The notes beneath the pieces were generated by a model. The model was not told the DNA's origin, made no database searches, and was given only the letters and a program-made list of their open reading frames with translations. Shown in pieces: positions 59,101 through 64,000 of a DNA stretch of 64,000 bases (position 1 is the stretch's first letter; each line of letters opens with the position of its first letter). The DNA comes from Azolla caroliniana (Eukaryota; Plantae; Polypodiophyta): assembly GCA_043228905.1 (NCBI GenBank), contig JBHGNT010000012.1:15314001-15378000 (forward strand), written 5' to 3'. The position numbers and the translations under genes were made by a program.

Positions 59101-60950
59101 GCATGGTGTTATGTATTTAAGATAGTAAGTGAAAAATTTCAGGAAACTTCAAGAGCAGGTTGAGATAGAAGGAGAAGTTGTGGATGACGATTGTATACAT
59201 TCACCAGCAATGCAAAATGGTAAGGCTGAATCACCAAAGAACTTCCCTCTCCTCATTTCCATTCTTTTCATCTGTCTCGAAAACATTCATTCCAAACTCC
59301 ATTGATTGATATATTGAAGGCCCTATTATTGAAGAAATTAGTGAGTCGGAGGTTGAGATATTGTCTGTGTCAACAACTTCTAGCCAAGAAGTGAACCAGA
59401 ATCCGTCTCATCCATCCGGAAGTGAACAAGTAATACCGAATACAAGTGCCTTATCTCAGACATTTGACAACTTCAAACAGGATCCAGAAATGATTAGGTA
59501 ATTATTTTTTTGTTGGGCCAGAAGAATTTCTATCTTGTGATTATTTCTTTTTGTAGCCACTCCTCATCCATGGGTTCTTCTGTCAAATCCATGTCCTGAT
59601 CCTTGGATCTTTCAATGCAAATCAATACAGAGGCATGCATTCAATTATGGGCAGTCTACAGCCAGAGCAAATAGCTGCCATGAGTGGTGGAAAAATGTCA
59701 CCAGAAATGGCAAAGTTAGCGACAGATATGGTCAAACAAATGTCGGCCGATGACATGCGAGACATGTTTGGAATGATTTCATCATTTGAAAATCAATCCA
59801 CTGCCAATACAACACACATGACTTCGCAATCAACATCGACAACTTCTGGATCCACATCTGCTGTGTCTAGATCAACATCTAGACAAGATAATCAGGATTT
59901 AAGGCCAGGATCTATGGCAACTACTCCTGATCTCTCGAGTATTAGTTCAGAAATGCAAGAGCAAATGAAGCAGCACATGAAAAATCCAATGATGACACAG
60001 GTAATTAACTGCCCTGTATTTATTTGCAAAACTAAAAAGTGTTAGGAATTTTGTGCATTTTTAATTTGCATGTTTTTAAAAAAATGTCTTGATGGCTACA
60101 TTTAATCAATCTCTCTTTATTGAAGGCCACATTTGTTGTATTCATAGTTCTTGTCAATATTTGCTTATTGAGGGTTTTTCTTTCTCCCTTGATTTGGTTC
60201 TCTTAGAGGATAAATAACTCATCGTTATGTCTGAAACATTCCAATGCAATGCTTTGGTAATCCTGATCTCTAATGTGTTATATATATAACCTTCATGATG
60301 GAATGAATAGATGATGTCTTCAATGATGCAAAACATGTCACCGGAGAGCATGGTAGCAATGAGTGAGCAAATGGGCTTCAAGATATCTCCAGAAGAGGCT
60401 GAAAAGGCAAAAGCAGCGATGGCTAACTTGAGCCCACATGATCTCGAAAGAATGGTAAAATGATAAATAACAATTAAACTTTTATAAATTGTGAACAGGG
60501 TCTCTTGAAAACATTACTCGATTTTTTTCATGTAAAAGAATCTTTGCGTGGAATTATTTGAAAAATTTAATTGGAAACATCATTTTCTTGAAATTTACTC
60601 AAAAAAGATTTTTTCCTTGAATTTTGTTCACCCAAAAGATTTTTTACATGGAATTTATTCAAATTTGTGAAAAATAATGTTTTCCTTGAAATCTATTCAA
60701 TCTAAATTTTCACATTTAAGATTTGTAATTTTTTGACATTTTTTGTACAAAAGAGATTCGTCCTTTTGAGATGCATTTTTTCTTGTGGTGTGTATGCACA
60801 CAGATGAAGTGGGCTGATCGAGTTCAGAAAGTCGTAAATGTTGCGAGGAAAGGGAAAGACTTTGTTTTGGGAAGGTCTGGTTTAATCTTTGCTATCGTAA
60901 TATTGATCATTGCTGTACTACTTCACTGGCTAGGGGTTATTGGAAGCTGA
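56132..60950 (+). CDS. OEP61: Outer envelope protein 61 / TPR7: tail-anchored TPR chaperone receptor, 11 exons, 521 aa
   Basis: Exons 56132-56215, 58022-58252, 58438-58494, 58596-58724, 58812-58889, 58984-59054, 59143-59219, 59320-59497, 59631-60000, 60311-60454, 60804-60950. All introns GT-AG, phases consistent, 1566 nt. [43 protein letters not shown] and the C-terminal TM ([22 protein letters not shown]) match the Arabidopsis protein as recalled. Confidence 0.92.
57668..57812. repeat. ~72-bp tandem duplication in OEP61 intron 1
   Basis: gcaaatatatattc...gcagcattaca occurs twice, head to tail. Confidence 0.85.
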
Positions 60951-61739
60951 CATTCTCTTATTGGAACTGTTTCAAACTCGGATCATAGAAAGAGTGTTTT
61001 GCTCATTTCCTACATTATTATGAGAGCAAATGAGTTGGGTTCTAGTTCTTTCATTTGTTGATGTTGTTTTAGTATGTACACGTCATGTCTGATGCTTGTT
61101 CATATCCTTTTTCTCATTTTTCTTCAATTCTTGATCAATTCAATAAAAACCCATATCAGGAAGAGTCCATGGGATCTAACTCCCAAATATACAGCTTGTT
61201 ACAAAATTACTCCATGTTCGACCACAATATTCGATCAAGATTGGTACATGTGCTTTGGCAATAAAAAGAGGGTTTCTTTGTTTGTGATGCTCTCTCATGT
61301 CACTCTCTCTCTCAACTCGTTGTCTGCCATTCGAACCATTGCTTCTATGTGACTTAGCTCACATGCATTGCGATGTGAGATGGGCTTTGGAGCATAAGTG
61401 ATTAGAGTGGTCGACTACTATGTAGACTTTGCCCTAAACAAGTTTGAGGGTCTTGAGTATCACACTTTGAGATAATGCTCTGCTTTTAATTATATTCGAC
61501 CATGCTTTCCACACATCTTTCACCAACCCCAATCTTGCACAAATTTCTCTCACAACCGTAATGTGCACTTTTGATAACAACGTTCATTGGTAATGTTCTT
61601 GAACATTAATAATCACTATTCACTTTTATATGTATCACTTGAAATGTAATATATTTGGCCTCATAGGTTGTATTTGACCTCCGACGACGATAATAGAATC
61701 TATTTCTTTGTCTCTTGGTGAATGGACACCAAAATCCAA

Positions 61740-63340
61740 TCATATGGGTTTATGTATTGACCTCAAATGTATACATATGTTTGATTGTGAAAAGGCCATT
61801 GAAAACAATAAACAACCCCACTTGAGGATGAACCTCAAGCGAGCGCCCATTTACTTCAAGATGGTTGAGGATATGTTACAAATGACATAGATACAACATG
61901 GGGCCCACGCTAGAATGCAAATGGGAAGCTTTTAAGAAAGTCATTCTCTAATGTGCAAACAAATGTTTTTTGATCAAGCACATTTTGGAAATGCATCAAG
62001 AAATGTAGTTCAAAGAAAAAATGGTTTGATAAAGAATGTCATGAAGCTCGAAAGTGCCTTATGATTTTGGATGTAGTTAAGGAAAATTACTAAAAGCATT
62101 TGCATGAGTACAAAAGACTTATTCAAAGAAAGAGAAGAATATGGGAAATTACTCAACAATTTTTCCAAACGCAAGAGAAAGTGCATGCATGTACTAAAAT
62201 TTGGGGAAATCTAAAGGGGAAATGTGTTGAGAGGTATGGTGGCTTCACTCTTCTTGACTTGTTTATGCATTGTAAGAATCTATATGAGCTATCTCTTGCA
62301 GGAAAGATGATGTTTTATGGTTCTCTTTCACATATGTCTCCCTTCTTTACAATCGAAGATATATGCATAGGACTTAAGAAATTGGCTTCTTGAAAGGTAA
62401 GTGATCTTCAATGTATAAAGGCTTAAATGCTCAAATGGACGAGATAGGGAGCACATGCATGGATAACATGGTATGCCGTATGATTAGACTACAAATTGGA
62501 TCAAACCTTTACATAAAGGTGGAGTTGCAAATAACGTAAACAACTATCGAACCATCATGGTTGGCTCGTTAATGGCAAAACTATTTGGATGTATAATCTA
62601 ATCAAGGATAAATGCATGGGCTGAAAAAAATGGTAAGAGAGCTTATGGACAAGTTGGCTTTTGAAAACACCATAACACCATTGATTACCTTGTCACCCTT
62701 CAAGTATTAATGTAGGAAAGTCGTGTTGGAGGTAAAGGTTTATATTGTTGCTTTGTAGACTTCAAGAAAGCTTTTGATATGGTACTTGTTGTTACGGGCA
62801 TGACCATATAATATCCCGTGGTGAGAATTTACCGTAGTATTCTATACACATGGATAAGTGTGAGGGTTAAACAAGAGTGTAAAGAAGGGGAGGATTACTT
62901 TTAGTCCTCGGGATTGAGACAACCCATTAGGCCAAGTGTGAACTTGCCTGGGGGCCTTGGGTATCGCTATAAATAAGAGGCCTAGCTACCCTCATGTGAT
63001 CATCTTGTTGACTACGTCGAGACTCTGTCTCGTGGTGGGTCAACTCTTGTAGCGAGCGCGCCAACACTAGGTACGACTCGACGCCATGGCGGTGGTATGG
63101 GATGCCGATCGAGGCTCGAGTGTGTCTCGATCCCTTCGCTCGAGGGTGGTCGGGTGGATTGACACCCTTCTTTCTCTCTCTCCTTTCTATCTATCAATCT
63201 ATATTCTATCCTTATCTAATGCTTACATTAGTTCATGTCTCTAACACTTGTGAGCATCTTTGGAGGCGAATGGAAGAACTCGAGGTGCCAAGTGAATATA
63301 TGCTTGCAATTTCCTGAATATATGAGAATGTTTTTTTTAT
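61740..63340 (+). mobile_element. Degraded non-LTR retrotransposon (RTE-like) RT, split by a solo LTR
   Basis: NYRTIMVGSLMAKLFG, RAYGQVGF, YCCFVDFKKAFDMV; start approximate. Confidence 0.75.
62790..63246. mobile_element. Solo LTR (457 bp)
   Basis: tgtta...taaca ends; perfect TSD CTTGT (62785-62789, 63247-63251); ctataaata at ~62967. Confidence 0.85.
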
Positions 63341-63544
63341 TTAAAGGAAGATGCACCTTAGTATATTACTTGAAAAGTCTACATAGAAAAAACAGAAGGA
63401 GACATTTCATCTCAATTCTTATTGTAAGATACAAAAGCTAGTAGATCTTATCAAACAAATGATGTCATATATGTCCACTATCCAACATAAAAGAAGGTAT
63501 GGCATAATTCCACTTCGGACCAGTAGTTGTATCTGAAAATAATT

Positions 63545-64000
63545 GGTTGGCTCGTTAATGGCAAAACTATTTGGATGTATAATCTAATCATAGATAAGTG
63601 CATGGGCTGAAAAAAATGGTACAAGAGCTTATGGACAAGTTGGCTTTCGAAAACACCATAACACCATTGAGTTCACCCTTCAAGTATTAATGGAGGAAAG
63701 TTGTGTTGGAGATAAAGGTTTATATCGTTGCTTCGTAGACTTTAAGAAAGCGTTTGATATGGTACCTCGTGACCATCTTTAGCGGTGAATGGAAGAACTC
63801 AAGGTGCCAATTGAATATATGCTTGCAATCTCTATAATGTATGAGAAGGTTATATGTTGTGTGCGTATGTGCGATAAACTTTAAGATTTTGTCGATAACA
63901 CTATTGGTGTGAAGCAAGGATGCCCACTCTCACCAACACTATTTGGTAGATATGCATTGATGAATTGGAAGAAATGGTTGCCAGGTTTGTAAAGGAAGAA
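63545..64000 (+). mobile_element. Second RTE-like LINE RT fragment, running off the window
   Basis: Repeats 62558-62785 without the LTR; continues to GVKQGCPLSPTLFG. Confidence 0.8.

Overview
Eukaryotic plant nuclear DNA, probably from a non-seed land plant (inferred from the retrotransposon lineages). Bases 1-54,100 are a deeply nested stack of decayed retrotransposons, most with boundaries and target-site duplications (TSDs) readable to the base. It holds L1-type LINE fragments, three full-length Ty3/Gypsy elements, one gag-only Gypsy derivative, five Ty1/Copia elements and solo LTRs. The Gypsy elements are a Trp-primed non-chromovirus (782-7739), a small Ala-primed element with animal-like pol (9531-14110) and a chromodomain-bearing Tcn1-like element (39755-52140). 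All TE coding regions carry stops or frameshifts. The one host gene is an intact 11-exon OEP61/TPR7 homologue (56132-60950, +, 521 aa), followed by RTE-like LINE fragments. Notable cis-features: (i) an antisense tRNA-like Pol III A/B-box module with identical 43-nt spacing in U3 of three Gypsy LTR families; (ii) a U3 palindrome plus 23 identical nt shared by a Gypsy and a Copia LTR; (iii) -1 frameshift signals in all three full Gypsy elements; (iv) a Tf1-type self-priming site and a heat-shock-element array in the chromovirus LTR; (v) a conserved hairpin around the Copia polypurine tract (PPT). All calls come from reading the sequence by eye; no searches or folding programs were run.
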